From Candidatus Limnocylindrus sp. (GTDB taxonomy: Bacteria > Chloroflexota > Limnocylindria > Limnocylindrales > Limnocylindraceae), in NCBI GenBank assembly GCA_040397175.1, contig JBBAWM010000001.1:1-25875 (forward strand): a stretch of DNA of 25,875 nucleotides, read 5' to 3'. A program made the position numbers and the translations under genes. Under the pieces are notes generated by a model, which made no database searches, was not told where the DNA came from, and worked only from the letters and a program-made list of their open reading frames with translations. Each line of letters starts with the position of its first letter. The stretch's first letter is position 1. Positions 8,946 through 17,902 of this stretch are shown one piece after another.

Positions 8946-8968
8946 AGCGTAGCACTGGGGGATACACT
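8946..8968. promoter_or_regulatory. Divergent -10 elements
   Basis: TACGCT on minus (8951-8946), 6 nt before ATG 8939; TACACT on plus (8963-8968), 7 nt before ATG 8976. Confidence 0.55.
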
Positions 8969-8975
8969 GCCACAC

Positions 8976-9935
8976 ATGCCTGCGACCGCGATTCGATACC
9001 TGACCGAAGCCGATGTGCTCGCGCTGCTCCCCTCTATAGAGGCGCAGATCGGTCTCGTTGAAGGAGCACTCCGCGCGGTAGCCACTGGCACAGCCCATCA
9101 GCCGCCAAAGGTGCCACTCAACCTGGGCGCCGGCGCACCATTTGCCCATGCGATGCCCGCCGCGATTGATCTGGCTTCAGGTCGTGTGGCAGGAGCGAAG
9201 TGGATCAGCGGCGGGGGAGCTGCCGGCATCGGCGGGGTGGTGCTCGTCGAGCGCCCGAAGGCGGGCGGCCTCCGCGGAATTGTTGCCGCTGGCGAGCTGA
9301 CCGCCGCACGAACCGCCGCAGTCTCGGGGGCTGGCCTGCGCATTGCCCCACCGAGCACGGCCGCCGCGGCAGAGGGCGCCCCCTATAAGGGGGCGATTAT
9401 TGGTGGCGGGTTGCAGGCGGCCACGCACCGCGCCGTGCTCGCCGCGCTCCACCCAGCCATCACCGTTGCCTTCTATTCGCGCCGCGCGGCCGCCGAACTC
9501 CCGTTGCGCGCCGGTGATCGCGTCGCCGAATCGGTGAACGATGCCATCCGCGGCGCCGACATCATCGTGACCGCGGCGGCGTTCAACACCCCACCGCGAC
9601 CAATTGACGTGAAGTTGATTGAGCCTGGCGCAACCCTGCTCGTGATCGATTACGCCGCAACAATCAGCGCCGGTGTCGTGGCGGCACTCAGTGATCGTGG
9701 TCCGATTCGCGTGATCACCGACAGTGCCGCGCAGTACGACGACACGCGACGCACACCGAAGCTGAGCGGCTGGCCTGCCGCTGACGCGCAGATCGGCGAC
9801 ACGCGCATCGAGAGCGCTGGGCGGGTGACCACGCTGGTCAACCACCTCGGCATCTCCGCTTGCGACTTGGCTTATGCCGACCTCCTGCTCGATCTCGCCG
9901 AGAAGCAGAACGTAGGAACGCTGCTCGCGCGATGA
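8976..9935 (+). CDS. Ornithine cyclodeaminase/mu-crystallin family protein, probable Delta1-pyrroline-2-carboxylate reductase
   Basis: HAMPA, GAKW, LTAARTAAVS, IIGGGLQA Rossmann motif, ADIIVT, GISACDL. Specific function inferred from the downstream gene. Confidence 0.8.
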   Translation: MPATAIRYLTEADVLALLPSIEAQIGLVEGALRAVATGTAHQPPKVPLNLGAGAPFAHAMPAAIDLASGRVAGAKWISGGGAAGIGGVVLVERPKAGGLRGIVAAGELTAARTAAVSGAGLRIAPPSTAAAAEGAPYKGAIIGGGLQAATHRAVLAALHPAITVAFYSRRAAAELPLRAGDRVAESVNDAIRGADIIVTAAAFNTPPRPIDVKLIEPGATLLVIDYAATISAGVVAALSDRGPIRVITDSAAQYDDTRRTPKLSGWPAADAQIGDTRIESAGRVTTLVNHLGISACDLAYADLLLDLAEKQNVGTLLAR

Positions 9936-11056
9936 GTCGACCTGTGCCGCACCTGCGCGTTGATGCCCCACCCGCCGCATCGGGCGCCGCCATTGAGGTG
10001 CTTGACTATCACACGGCGGGAGAGCCCTTCCGCATCATCGTGCGCGGCTACCCAGAACTTGCTGGCACAAACATTCTGGAACGACGTCGCTCTGCGTTGC
10101 AGCAGCACGATCATCTGCGCAAGATGCTGATGTGGGAGCCGCGTGGCCATGCCGATATGTATGGCGGCATCCTCGTGCCGCCAGATCACGACGAGGCGCA
10201 GGTCGGCGTGCTCTTCATGCACAACGAGGGTTACTCCACCATGTGTGGTCACGGCACCATTGCGCTCGCCACGGCGCTCGTCGAGAGCGGCGCGATTGCG
10301 GCGGCAGGAACCGCAACGCCAATTGGTATCGATGCACCCTGCGGTTTAGTGCGCGCAGTGGCACATGTGCAGGAGAGCGAGCTTGCTGCGGCGCGTGCAG
10401 CGAGTCGAACACCACGCGTGCACGAGGTGACCTTCGAGAATGTGCCATCGTTCGCCGCAGCACTCGACGTTGCGATTGACGTTCCTGGCTACGGATCGCT
10501 CACCGTTGATGTTGGTTACGGCGGTGCGTTCTATGCACTCATCGATGCTTCACAGCTCGGCATTGAGATGCACGCCGAAAACGCAGCGGCACTCTCTGCT
10601 GCAGGGCGCGCGATCACCAATGCCGGTCGCGCCGCTCTGCGCAGTGGTGGCGCGCTTGCAACAGCACTCGGCGTTGCGCATCCTGAAGAAGACGACCTCT
10701 CGTTCTTGTACGGCACCATCATTTCGGGCCCACCCGAAGATCATGCCCATCACTCACGCAATCTCTGCCTCTTCGCCGAGGGTGAGGTGGATCGCTCGCC
10801 AACCGGTTCAGGTGTGTCGGCACGACTGGCCGTGTTGCATGCGCGTGGCGCAGTGGCGACGGGCGAAGAGATCGCAATTGAATCGATTCTCGGCCGTGAG
10901 TCGGTATTCCACGGTCGCGTGGTGCGCACCGAAGAGTGGGCGGGCCGCAACGCGGTGATCCCCGAGGTGCGCGGTTCGGCGCACATGACGGGCAGTGCGC
11001 GCTTGGTTCTTGACGACAACGATCCGATCGGCCGCGGCTTCCTCGTCGCGCGGTAG
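9932..11056 (+). CDS. Proline racemase family protein, probable trans-3-hydroxy-L-proline dehydratase
   Basis: DYHTAGEPFR, EPRGHADMYG, MCGHG (Cys) and DRSPTGSG (Thr in place of the second Cys); ATGA overlap with the upstream gene. Confidence 0.88.
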   Translation: MSRPVPHLRVDAPPAASGAAIEVLDYHTAGEPFRIIVRGYPELAGTNILERRRSALQQHDHLRKMLMWEPRGHADMYGGILVPPDHDEAQVGVLFMHNEGYSTMCGHGTIALATALVESGAIAAAGTATPIGIDAPCGLVRAVAHVQESELAAARAASRTPRVHEVTFENVPSFAAALDVAIDVPGYGSLTVDVGYGGAFYALIDASQLGIEMHAENAAALSAAGRAITNAGRAALRSGGALATALGVAHPEEDDLSFLYGTIISGPPEDHAHHSRNLCLFAEGEVDRSPTGSGVSARLAVLHARGAVATGEEIAIESILGRESVFHGRVVRTEEWAGRNAVIPEVRGSAHMTGSARLVLDDNDPIGRGFLVAR

Positions 11057-11059
11057 ATC

Positions 11060-11998
11060 ATGAGTTCACCGCGCACACTCCTGGTGGTGAATCCTGCCGC
11101 TGGCGCAGGTCGCGCCGGACGCGTGCTCTCGCGTGTGCTCGAAGAGCTCAAATCCTGGGGTGAGTTCGAGATCGCTGTCACGCGCGCGGGTGAGGATCGC
11201 CCTGCGCAGCGCATCGTGCGCGAAGCGGTGGCGAACGGCGTGACGCGCATCGCCGTGCTTGGTGGTGATGGCACCGCGAGTCAGGCGCTCAACGGCCTGC
11301 GCCAACCTGACGGCAGCATTGCACCGGTGCAGTTGGGGTTGATCCCCGCAGGCACCGGTCGCGACTTTGCGCGCACGATCGGCATCTCGCGCAAGCCGGT
11401 GGAGGCTGCCCGCCACCTGGCACGTGGTGCCACCCCGCGCATTTTTGATATTGGCCAGATTGAGCTCAGCGACGGAAGTGTTCGCCTCTTTCTGAACATC
11501 GCCTCATTCGGCGTCACGGCCCGCATCGCCCACGCCCTTGAGGAGTATCCACAACTGAAGCGCCACGCTGGCGCGCTGGCCTTTGGCCTCGCCACCGTGC
11601 GTGCCGGTGCAAGCTACGCCCCCGATCTGGTGGAGGCGCGCGTCGACACGCACGCGCCGGAGAGCGGTCCCGTTGCCGCCATGGCGATTGCCAACGGCGC
11701 CTGGTTTGGCGGCGGCATGCATGTGGCGCCAACTGCCCGCATCGACGATGGCCGTTTTGAGGTGGTGCGCTTCGGCGACATCGCCCGCAGTGACTTCGTG
11801 GTCAGCCTGCCACTCGTCTATAAGGGGACCCACTACGCGCACCCGAAGGTGACCGTCTCCCAGGGGGCCGACGTCTTCGCCGCCCCGGCGGGCGGTCCCG
11901 CCGCCCGCGCCGTCGAGATCGAGGCCGACGGCGAGATCGTGGGGCGCCTCCCTGCACGCTTCACCGTGCGCCCTGCGGCGGTCACGCTCCTCACCTAG
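11060..11998 (+). CDS. Diacylglycerol/lipid kinase family protein (YegS/BmrU-like)
   Basis: NPAAG, GGDGT, IPAGTGRDFAR, FLNIASFG, NGAWFGGG, EADGE. Confidence 0.92.
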   Translation: MSSPRTLLVVNPAAGAGRAGRVLSRVLEELKSWGEFEIAVTRAGEDRPAQRIVREAVANGVTRIAVLGGDGTASQALNGLRQPDGSIAPVQLGLIPAGTGRDFARTIGISRKPVEAARHLARGATPRIFDIGQIELSDGSVRLFLNIASFGVTARIAHALEEYPQLKRHAGALAFGLATVRAGASYAPDLVEARVDTHAPESGPVAAMAIANGAWFGGGMHVAPTARIDDGRFEVVRFGDIARSDFVVSLPLVYKGTHYAHPKVTVSQGADVFAAPAGGPAARAVEIEADGEIVGRLPARFTVRPAAVTLLT

Positions 11999-12083
11999 CG
12001 GGGGCTACCCAGAGGCCTATCCAGCGTGCATACTCCCTATCCAGCCCCCCATGGGGCACCCGCCTGGGAGTAGGAGGCACGAG

Positions 12084-13610
12084 ATGGACGCAACGGAGAT
12101 CCTGAAGAGCAACGCCGCCGCGGTCGCCGCCGCCGATGCCGCCTGGGTGAATCCGCGCGATCCAGCCAAGGCCGTTGGCGCCGATGGTCAGCCACTCCGC
12201 AGCCGTCGCGCACCGAAGTGGGCCGATGTGCCGAACGAGCAGTGGGACGACTGGCGTTGGCAGCTCAGCAACCGCGTCAACTCGCTCGAAGAGATCGGCG
12301 AGATCCTCGAGCTCACCGACGACGAGCGCGAAGGCCTCTCCGCTGATGGCAAGTTCCGCGTCGACATCACCCCGTACTTCATTAGCCTGATCGACCCGAA
12401 GGATCCGAACGATCCAATCCGCCGCCAGGTGATTCCGGTCGGCTCCGAGCAGCAGGCCTTCACCGCCATGATGGAAGACTCGCTCGGCGAGGATCGTCAC
12501 TCCCCAGTGCCAGGCCTTGTGCACCGCTACCCCGACCGCGTGCTGATGCTCGTCACCACGCAATGCGCCTCGTACTGCCGCTACTGCACGCGCTCGCGCA
12601 TCGTGGGCGACCCAACGCAGAACTTCAACAGCAAGGATCACGAAGCGCAGCTCGACTACCTGCGCCGCACTCCACAGGTGCGCGACGTACTCATTAGCGG
12701 TGGTGACGGGCTCACCCTTGCGCCAAAGCTCTTCGAGAAGATTCTGCGCGGCCTGCGCGACATTCCGCACATCGAGATCATTCGCATCGGTTCGCGCGTG
12801 CCTGTCTTCATGCCGCAGCGCATCGACGACGAGCTCTGCGAGATGCTCGCCAAGTACCACCCACTCTGGATGAACCTGCACTTCAATCACGCGCAAGAGA
12901 TCACCCCCGAAGTGTCACGCGCCGTCGACAAGCTCACGCGCGCCGGCATTCCTGTTGGCAACCAGTCGGTGCTCCTTGCGGGCGTCAACGACTGCGTGCA
13001 CATCATGCGCAAGTTGGTACACAAGCTCGTCGAGAATCGCATCCGCCCGTACTACATCTATCAGTGCGACCTTGTTGAAGGCTCTGGCCATTTCCGTACA
13101 CCGGTCGGCAAGGGGCTCGAGATCATCGAAGGTCTGCGCGGCCATACCAGCGGTTACGCGGTGCCAACGTACGTGATCGACTCACCTGGTGGTGGCGGCA
13201 AGATTCCAGTGATGCCGAACTACCTGATCTCGTACAGCGACCACAAGGTCGTGCTGCGCAACTACGAGGGATACATCAGCACGTACGAAGAGCCAGAGCA
13301 CTACACGCGTCACGACGCCACCAAGTGCGTTGATTGCCGCGGCTCACGACCAGAGCCAGGACAAGAGGGAATCTTCGGTCTGCTCGCCGGTCACGAGATG
13401 TGGATCGAGCCGAAGGGCCACGCCGAGATGCACAATCGTGGCAACACCGAGGCGCATCGGCTGCAGGATCCGTCGAAGTGGCAGCCACTCGGCATCGGCG
13501 GCGCCGTCGAAGGAACGCTCCGCGCACCGCTCGAGGTGCTCCCAGCCGGTACAGAGCCACGCCCGAAAGAGGGCGAGCCGAGCGCCGCGGCACATGGGGA
13601 GCTGCTCTAA
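12084..13610 (+). CDS. kamA: Lysine 2,3-aminomutase (radical SAM/PLP, KamA family)
   Basis: AGGAGG at 12072-12077; HRYPDRVL, CASYCRYCTR, ISGGD, NQSVLL, PYYIYQCD, LRGHTSGYAVP, GGGKIP (PLP Lys), C-terminal CVDC. Confidence 0.93.
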   Translation: MDATEILKSNAAAVAAADAAWVNPRDPAKAVGADGQPLRSRRAPKWADVPNEQWDDWRWQLSNRVNSLEEIGEILELTDDEREGLSADGKFRVDITPYFISLIDPKDPNDPIRRQVIPVGSEQQAFTAMMEDSLGEDRHSPVPGLVHRYPDRVLMLVTTQCASYCRYCTRSRIVGDPTQNFNSKDHEAQLDYLRRTPQVRDVLISGGDGLTLAPKLFEKILRGLRDIPHIEIIRIGSRVPVFMPQRIDDELCEMLAKYHPLWMNLHFNHAQEITPEVSRAVDKLTRAGIPVGNQSVLLAGVNDCVHIMRKLVHKLVENRIRPYYIYQCDLVEGSGHFRTPVGKGLEIIEGLRGHTSGYAVPTYVIDSPGGGGKIPVMPNYLISYSDHKVVLRNYEGYISTYEEPEHYTRHDATKCVDCRGSRPEPGQEGIFGLLAGHEMWIEPKGHAEMHNRGNTEAHRLQDPSKWQPLGIGGAVEGTLRAPLEVLPAGTEPRPKEGEPSAAAHGELL

Positions 13611-13643
13611 CTCTTCTCGGTGAGCGGTGCGATACTGCTGCTC

Positions 13644-14057
13644 ATGAGTAAGCCAGACAACGCCACGCTTCCGCTCCCCTGGCCTCCGGTCATTGCCGAG
13701 GCACGTTCACCGTTTACCGCGGTCCGCGTGGCAACGTTGATGCTGGGCCGAACACGTGGCGAGCGCGAACGACTCGCCGACATTGCCGACGCGCTGAACG
13801 CCGCACACCTCGACTGGCTCTTTGAGCGCCGCGTGGTGGCCGACGAGTTGCTGCAACTGCAGGCGAACTGGTTCAGCGACTTTCGCACCACCACCGGATT
13901 TATTGTTGAGGACGGCGATCAGGGTGCGGTGGTGACGCTCGAAGATTCGTCGCGCATGAGCGGGTGGCTGGAGCGCCAGGTCGCCAAGGCGCACGATGCC
14001 TGCCGCGCCGAGCTAACCGCCTTTGCCAAAAACGACCGCGCCGCCGGCGATCGTTAA
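13644..14057 (+). CDS. Hypothetical protein (possible winged-helix-like fold)
   Basis: Host-like codon usage and fills the gap between neighbours; TGcGATACT 7 nt upstream of ATG 13644. No recognised family. Confidence 0.7.
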   Translation: MSKPDNATLPLPWPPVIAEARSPFTAVRVATLMLGRTRGERERLADIADALNAAHLDWLFERRVVADELLQLQANWFSDFRTTTGFIVEDGDQGAVVTLEDSSRMSGWLERQVAKAHDACRAELTAFAKNDRAAGDR

Positions 14058-14063
14058 GCGCGC

Positions 14064-14576
14064 ATGAAGCGCGACGATCTCGTTCGCCAGACCCAAGACC
14101 TGATCGATCAGGGCGATCGCATTGCGCGTGCCCCGTCGCGGGCGGCGCTCAATACCTGGCTCGCCGCGAGCGACGCGCTCTTGTCGTCGGCGTGGGGGCA
14201 GATGGATCGCTATCACCAGGCCTGGCTCGACGTGGGGCGCATTGCCCAGCCGCTGCGCGGTCGACAGATCAGCGAGGGTGAGGAGGCCGACGAGGTGCGC
14301 GCGGTGGTGGCGGCCAAGGGCGCCGTGTTGCGCGCCTCACTCGATGCAGTCGAGCGACTCGGCATGCCGTTTCTGGGTGAGACAAAGGCGCGCGCCAAAG
14401 ATGAGAAGGCGGGGCTTCCCGATCACCTCTTCGAGGCGCCACACGCCTTGCCTGGCGGCACCGGTGCGTTGCAGGCGGCCATCGACGCGGCGCGAAAGGC
14501 GGCGGGCGAGCACGAAGACCATGCCCTGAATCGCAAACGCACCCCGGTAAAAGGGGAGGGCGACGACCTCTGGTAA
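14064..14576 (+). CDS. Hypothetical helical protein
   Basis: Starts 6 nt after the upstream stop with host-like codon usage; no recognised motif. Confidence 0.7.
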   Translation: MKRDDLVRQTQDLIDQGDRIARAPSRAALNTWLAASDALLSSAWGQMDRYHQAWLDVGRIAQPLRGRQISEGEEADEVRAVVAAKGAVLRASLDAVERLGMPFLGETKARAKDEKAGLPDHLFEAPHALPGGTGALQAAIDAARKAAGEHEDHALNRKRTPVKGEGDDLW

Positions 14577-14614
14577 CGGGCTCGATTCTGAGGCGCGGTG
14601 GTACCCTTACGCAT

Positions 14615-15097
14615 ATGAGTCACCCACTGCATGGCGCCCGTCCCCTCGACCGAACCGCAGGGTTTCCGAGCGTTGTTGCGCCACTCACCGCCCAGTGGGA
14701 GCAGCTCGCCGGCCGCGCCATCGTGGCTGCAGTGGAGCGCAATCCCGAACTGCGCGACCGCGTTGGCGACATTGGCCTGCGCCACCTGATGCGTGATGCC
14801 CAGGTGGTACTCGAGAAGCTCGCCGAGAGCGTTGCCTCGGGGAGCATCACCCCGCTCAAGAGCTTCACCGAACATGGCACCCCAACCTGGCGCCGCCGCC
14901 GCATCTCCATGGATGACGTTACCGATCTGTACGAGGGTCTGCGCATTGCAGTACCAACGGTGCTCGCTGGCGACGCCGCTGCGTTCGCCGACCGTGCACT
15001 CCTTGAAGGCATCGCGGTGTTGAAGTGGCACCGCCGCCTTGGTGGCGACACGCGCAAGCGCAATCGCATCCTCGCCGCAATTTACAAGGGAGCCTAA
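14615..15097 (+). CDS. Hypothetical protein, possible globin-like (phycobiliprotein/RsbR-N-like) fold
   Basis: Clean ORF heading a coupled four-gene run. The helical pattern LMRDAQVVLEKLAESVASG..RRISMDDV suggests the fold by eye only. Confidence 0.7.
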   Translation: MSHPLHGARPLDRTAGFPSVVAPLTAQWEQLAGRAIVAAVERNPELRDRVGDIGLRHLMRDAQVVLEKLAESVASGSITPLKSFTEHGTPTWRRRRISMDDVTDLYEGLRIAVPTVLAGDAAAFADRALLEGIAVLKWHRRLGGDTRKRNRILAAIYKGA

Positions 15098-15099
15098 CC

Positions 15100-15375
15100 A
15101 TGACCATCAAGTGGGTGCACACCGATCCGCTCGTGATGAACGGCGAACCATTCCTGTACGGCACGCGCCTCACGGTGCGACGTTTGCTTGAACTGCGCGC
15201 CGAAGGGTTCGACGGCGCACGTATGCTGAAGGAGATGCCTGAGCTGCGCATCGTTGGCATTGCGCGTGCGTACGAGTTTGCCGTAGCGAACCGCGAGCAC
15301 TACGCCGAATTCTTCGACGCCAACGGCGCACTCAAGGGGCCACACCTTACGCCTGCAGAGTTGGCACTGGTATGA
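15100..15375 (+). CDS. DUF433 domain protein
   Basis: DPLVMNGEPFLYGTRLTVRRLLE..G..MPEL..A.EFA matches the DUF433 pattern; ATG 2 nt after the upstream stop. Confidence 0.8.
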   Translation: MTIKWVHTDPLVMNGEPFLYGTRLTVRRLLELRAEGFDGARMLKEMPELRIVGIARAYEFAVANREHYAEFFDANGALKGPHLTPAELALV

Positions 15376-15692
15376 CGGAAGAGACACTCGCCCCAATCAC
15401 GCCGTTCGACGCGCAGAAGCGCGCGACCGAACTCGCAATCCTCGACGCGCTGCGCTCTGTTGTTGACCCCGAGATCGGCATGAATGTTGTTGAGCTAGCA
15501 CTCATCCGCCAGGTGCTTGTGGGCGAGACTGAATCCGAAGTGAAGATGATCCTCACCACACCCTTCTGCCCATACGCAGGCTCGATGCTTGCGCAGGTGA
15601 AAGAGGCGGCCGAATCGGTGCTCGAGCATCCGGTGAAGGTCACGCTGCTCGCCGAGCGCTGGGATCCGAAAGATGCGGGTCTCGCCTGGTGA
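15372..15692 (+). CDS. Fe-S cluster assembly factor, DUF59/SufT/PaaD-like
   Basis: LRSVVDPEIGMNVVELALI, LTTPFCP, W-D-P motif. Confidence 0.92.
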   Translation: MTEETLAPITPFDAQKRATELAILDALRSVVDPEIGMNVVELALIRQVLVGETESEVKMILTTPFCPYAGSMLAQVKEAAESVLEHPVKVTLLAERWDPKDAGLAW

Positions 15693-16306
15693 GTGACGAA
15701 CTGAAGCTGCCGCCAAGCAAGGTCGCGACCGGTAAGGGCGACGCTGGCACCACCGGACTTCTCTTTGGTGGCGACCGCATTTCGAAAGACGATGTGCGCA
15801 CCGAGGCATACGGCACCATCGACGAGGCTACCGCCGCACTCGGCATGGCGCGCGCCGAACTGATCGGCCTCACCGGCGAGGGGATCGCCGAACTCGACGA
15901 AACCATCCTCTCGATTCAGCGCGACCTCTTTGTGATCGGCGCCGAACTTGCCACCAACCCAGATGCATGGAACCGTCTCGAAGAGGGGCGCACCAAGGTC
16001 TCGCCGAAGATGTTGGCGCGCATTAATACGCTGCTCGCCGCTACGGAAGCGGTGATTGAATTCCCAAAGGATTTCGTGATTCCAGGTTCGAGCAAGGCAT
16101 CGTCGGCCATTGAACTCGCGCGCACGATCATTCGTCGTGCGGAGCGCTGGTGCGTCACCCTCGGGCGCGAAGGGCTACTCCCAGGCGAACACCTGCTCGC
16201 GTACTTGAATCGCCTCGCCGATCTGCTCTGGTTGCTCGCGCGCCAGGCGGAGAAGCTCGAGGCCTCGGCGACCCGCTCCGTTTCGCAGACGCCCGTTCGC
16301 GACTAA
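15689..16306 (+). CDS. ATP:cob(I)alamin adenosyltransferase, PduO type
   Basis: TGKGDAGTT, RISK, EAYGTIDE, IQRDLF, FVIPG, ARTIIRRAER, YLNRLAD. Confidence 0.92.
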   Translation: MSDELKLPPSKVATGKGDAGTTGLLFGGDRISKDDVRTEAYGTIDEATAALGMARAELIGLTGEGIAELDETILSIQRDLFVIGAELATNPDAWNRLEEGRTKVSPKMLARINTLLAATEAVIEFPKDFVIPGSSKASSAIELARTIIRRAERWCVTLGREGLLPGEHLLAYLNRLADLLWLLARQAEKLEASATRSVSQTPVRD

Positions 16307-16313
16307 CGAACCC

Positions 16314-17336
16314 CTAGGAGAACTCCGCGTCGCCAAGGATGTAGCGCACGGCACCGGAGTGGTGCTTGTATCCAACGTTCTCGTAGAGTCTGTTCGCGCC
16401 GGTGAGTGATTCCGCATCGACACCCAACATCGACCCTTCGTAGCCGTCGGCCTGGGCGCGAATCAGATGTCGCTCAAGCAGCAGCCGCGCAAGGCCGCGG
16501 TTGCGATGCTCGCGATGCACGCCGAGGTTGTTCACCCAGAGCACGTGGCCAACCGTGTTGCTGTCTTGCGGGAATGCGCTTGTGAGTTGGTAGGCGACTA
16601 GCTCACCGTTCACACCGGTAATCACTTCACCGAGCGCCGGTCGGGCTGATTCCGCCGTGAGGTACTCGTGCCACTCCACAGGTGATACGGATGAGCTTCC
16701 CCAGTGATCGGCGAAACAGTGATTCTTCAGTATGCGTAACGCCTCGAGATCAACATCGGCCATCGCCAGCGAGTGGTAACCAGCAGGAATCGGTGCGTCG
16801 CTGAGCTTGCTGCTCGTTGGGCGGTTGGCGAAGCGCAGCAGCATCTCGGAGTAGTAGCGAATTGGTCGCATGCCAGCTGCGACATAGAGTCGCTGCGCGC
16901 GCGTATCGGGCTCAACGCAATGCGCCTGAATCGTTGCGCCAGGGAACGGCGCGAGCAGCTCTACGGCGCGATCCGTTGACCATGCAAGAAGATGGCGACC
17001 GAGTCCAATCGCCTGAAAGCGCGGGTGCACGCCGCCAAAGAGGTAGGCGCGCGGCTTCTCGGCATCGGTCGCGCCAACTGCCCAGCCCCATCCTGCAATG
17101 GCGCCGGTGGGAGCCCGAACGACGATGGCGTTGGCGGCCGCGTCGATGCCAGAGGCGGTGAGGTCTTCGCGCATGTCGCCCTCGCTGTACAGCAGCGGGT
17201 ACCCAACCGCGTGGTAATTCTCGTTGGTGAGGGTGGTGAGCTCCGCAACATCACGCTCAACGTCGCAAGGGTGCGCCGTAAATCCCGCAGGGAGGGCGTT
17301 GGAGAGGCGGACCAGTCGTTCAAGGGTTTGGCTCAT
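16314..17336 (-). CDS. Tandem-domain GNAT N-acetyltransferase
   Basis: Two acetyl-CoA motif-A segments (VHPRFQAIGLG, VHREHRNRGLA); FADHWG; LGVDAESLTGANRLYENVGY. Start ATG at 17336 inferred. Confidence 0.88.
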   Translation of the reverse strand: MSQTLERLVRLSNALPAGFTAHPCDVERDVAELTTLTNENYHAVGYPLLYSEGDMREDLTASGIDAAANAIVVRAPTGAIAGWGWAVGATDAEKPRAYLFGGVHPRFQAIGLGRHLLAWSTDRAVELLAPFPGATIQAHCVEPDTRAQRLYVAAGMRPIRYYSEMLLRFANRPTSSKLSDAPIPAGYHSLAMADVDLEALRILKNHCFADHWGSSSVSPVEWHEYLTAESARPALGEVITGVNGELVAYQLTSAFPQDSNTVGHVLWVNNLGVHREHRNRGLARLLLERHLIRAQADGYEGSMLGVDAESLTGANRLYENVGYKHHSGAVRYILGDAEFS

Positions 17337-17353
17337 AGGGATAGGGTAATCTG

Positions 17354-17378
17354 AACTCCGACAAAACCTGTCAGAAAT
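17354..17378 (+). promoter_or_regulatory. IscR type-1-like operator upstream of the Rrf2-suf genes
   Basis: aactCCGACaaaacctGTCAGaaat keeps the YYGAC-N7-GTCRR core of the 25-bp IscR type-1 consensus and lies directly downstream of TAATCT (17347-17352). Confidence 0.65.
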
Positions 17379-17394
17379 CCCCCCAGGAGGCGCA

Positions 17395-17886
17395 TTGACC
17401 GAACACCAGGAACTCAGCACTCGCGGCTTGCACGGCAGCGGCGCCGTCGCGTTCAGCACGCGCGGTGAGTACGGGGTGCGCTTCATGGTGGCTCTTGCCC
17501 GCATGGATCACGGCGAGCCCGTTTCACTGACCGACATCGCCGAGCAGGAAGACCTGCCACGCGCCTACCTGGAGCAGATCATTGGTGGCCTGCGCGACGC
17601 CGGCATCATCGACAGCCAGCGCGGCGCGCACGGCGGCTACCGCCTCGCCCGACCGGCGAACGAGGTGCGTATGGGTGCAATTCTTAAGGCGCTCGAAGGC
17701 CCCATCGTGCCGATGGCCTGCCTCGCCGAAGAGGGGAGCCCCTGCAATCGCGCCGGCAACTGCACCGTGACCCAGCTCTGGAGCCGCGTGCGCGACTCGG
17801 TCAACGAGGCGCTTGATTCATTTACCCTCGCCGATCTTGCCAAGCCAGGTTCACCGATCGCCTTACATAGCCCAGTCAAGCACTGA
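17395..17886 (+). CDS. Rrf2-family (IscR-like) transcriptional regulator
   Basis: AGGAGG 17385-17390 then TTG; FSTRGEYG, YLEQI, SQRGAHGGYRLAR, ALEG; three Cys (C-x7-C-x5-C). Confidence 0.93.
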   Translation: MTEHQELSTRGLHGSGAVAFSTRGEYGVRFMVALARMDHGEPVSLTDIAEQEDLPRAYLEQIIGGLRDAGIIDSQRGAHGGYRLARPANEVRMGAILKALEGPIVPMACLAEEGSPCNRAGNCTVTQLWSRVRDSVNEALDSFTLADLAKPGSPIALHSPVKH

Positions 17887-17902
17887 GAGAGAGGAGACGC
17901 AC

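Noticed and set aside
11991-12896. 301-aa minus-strand ORF
   Set aside because: Antisense shadow of kamA.
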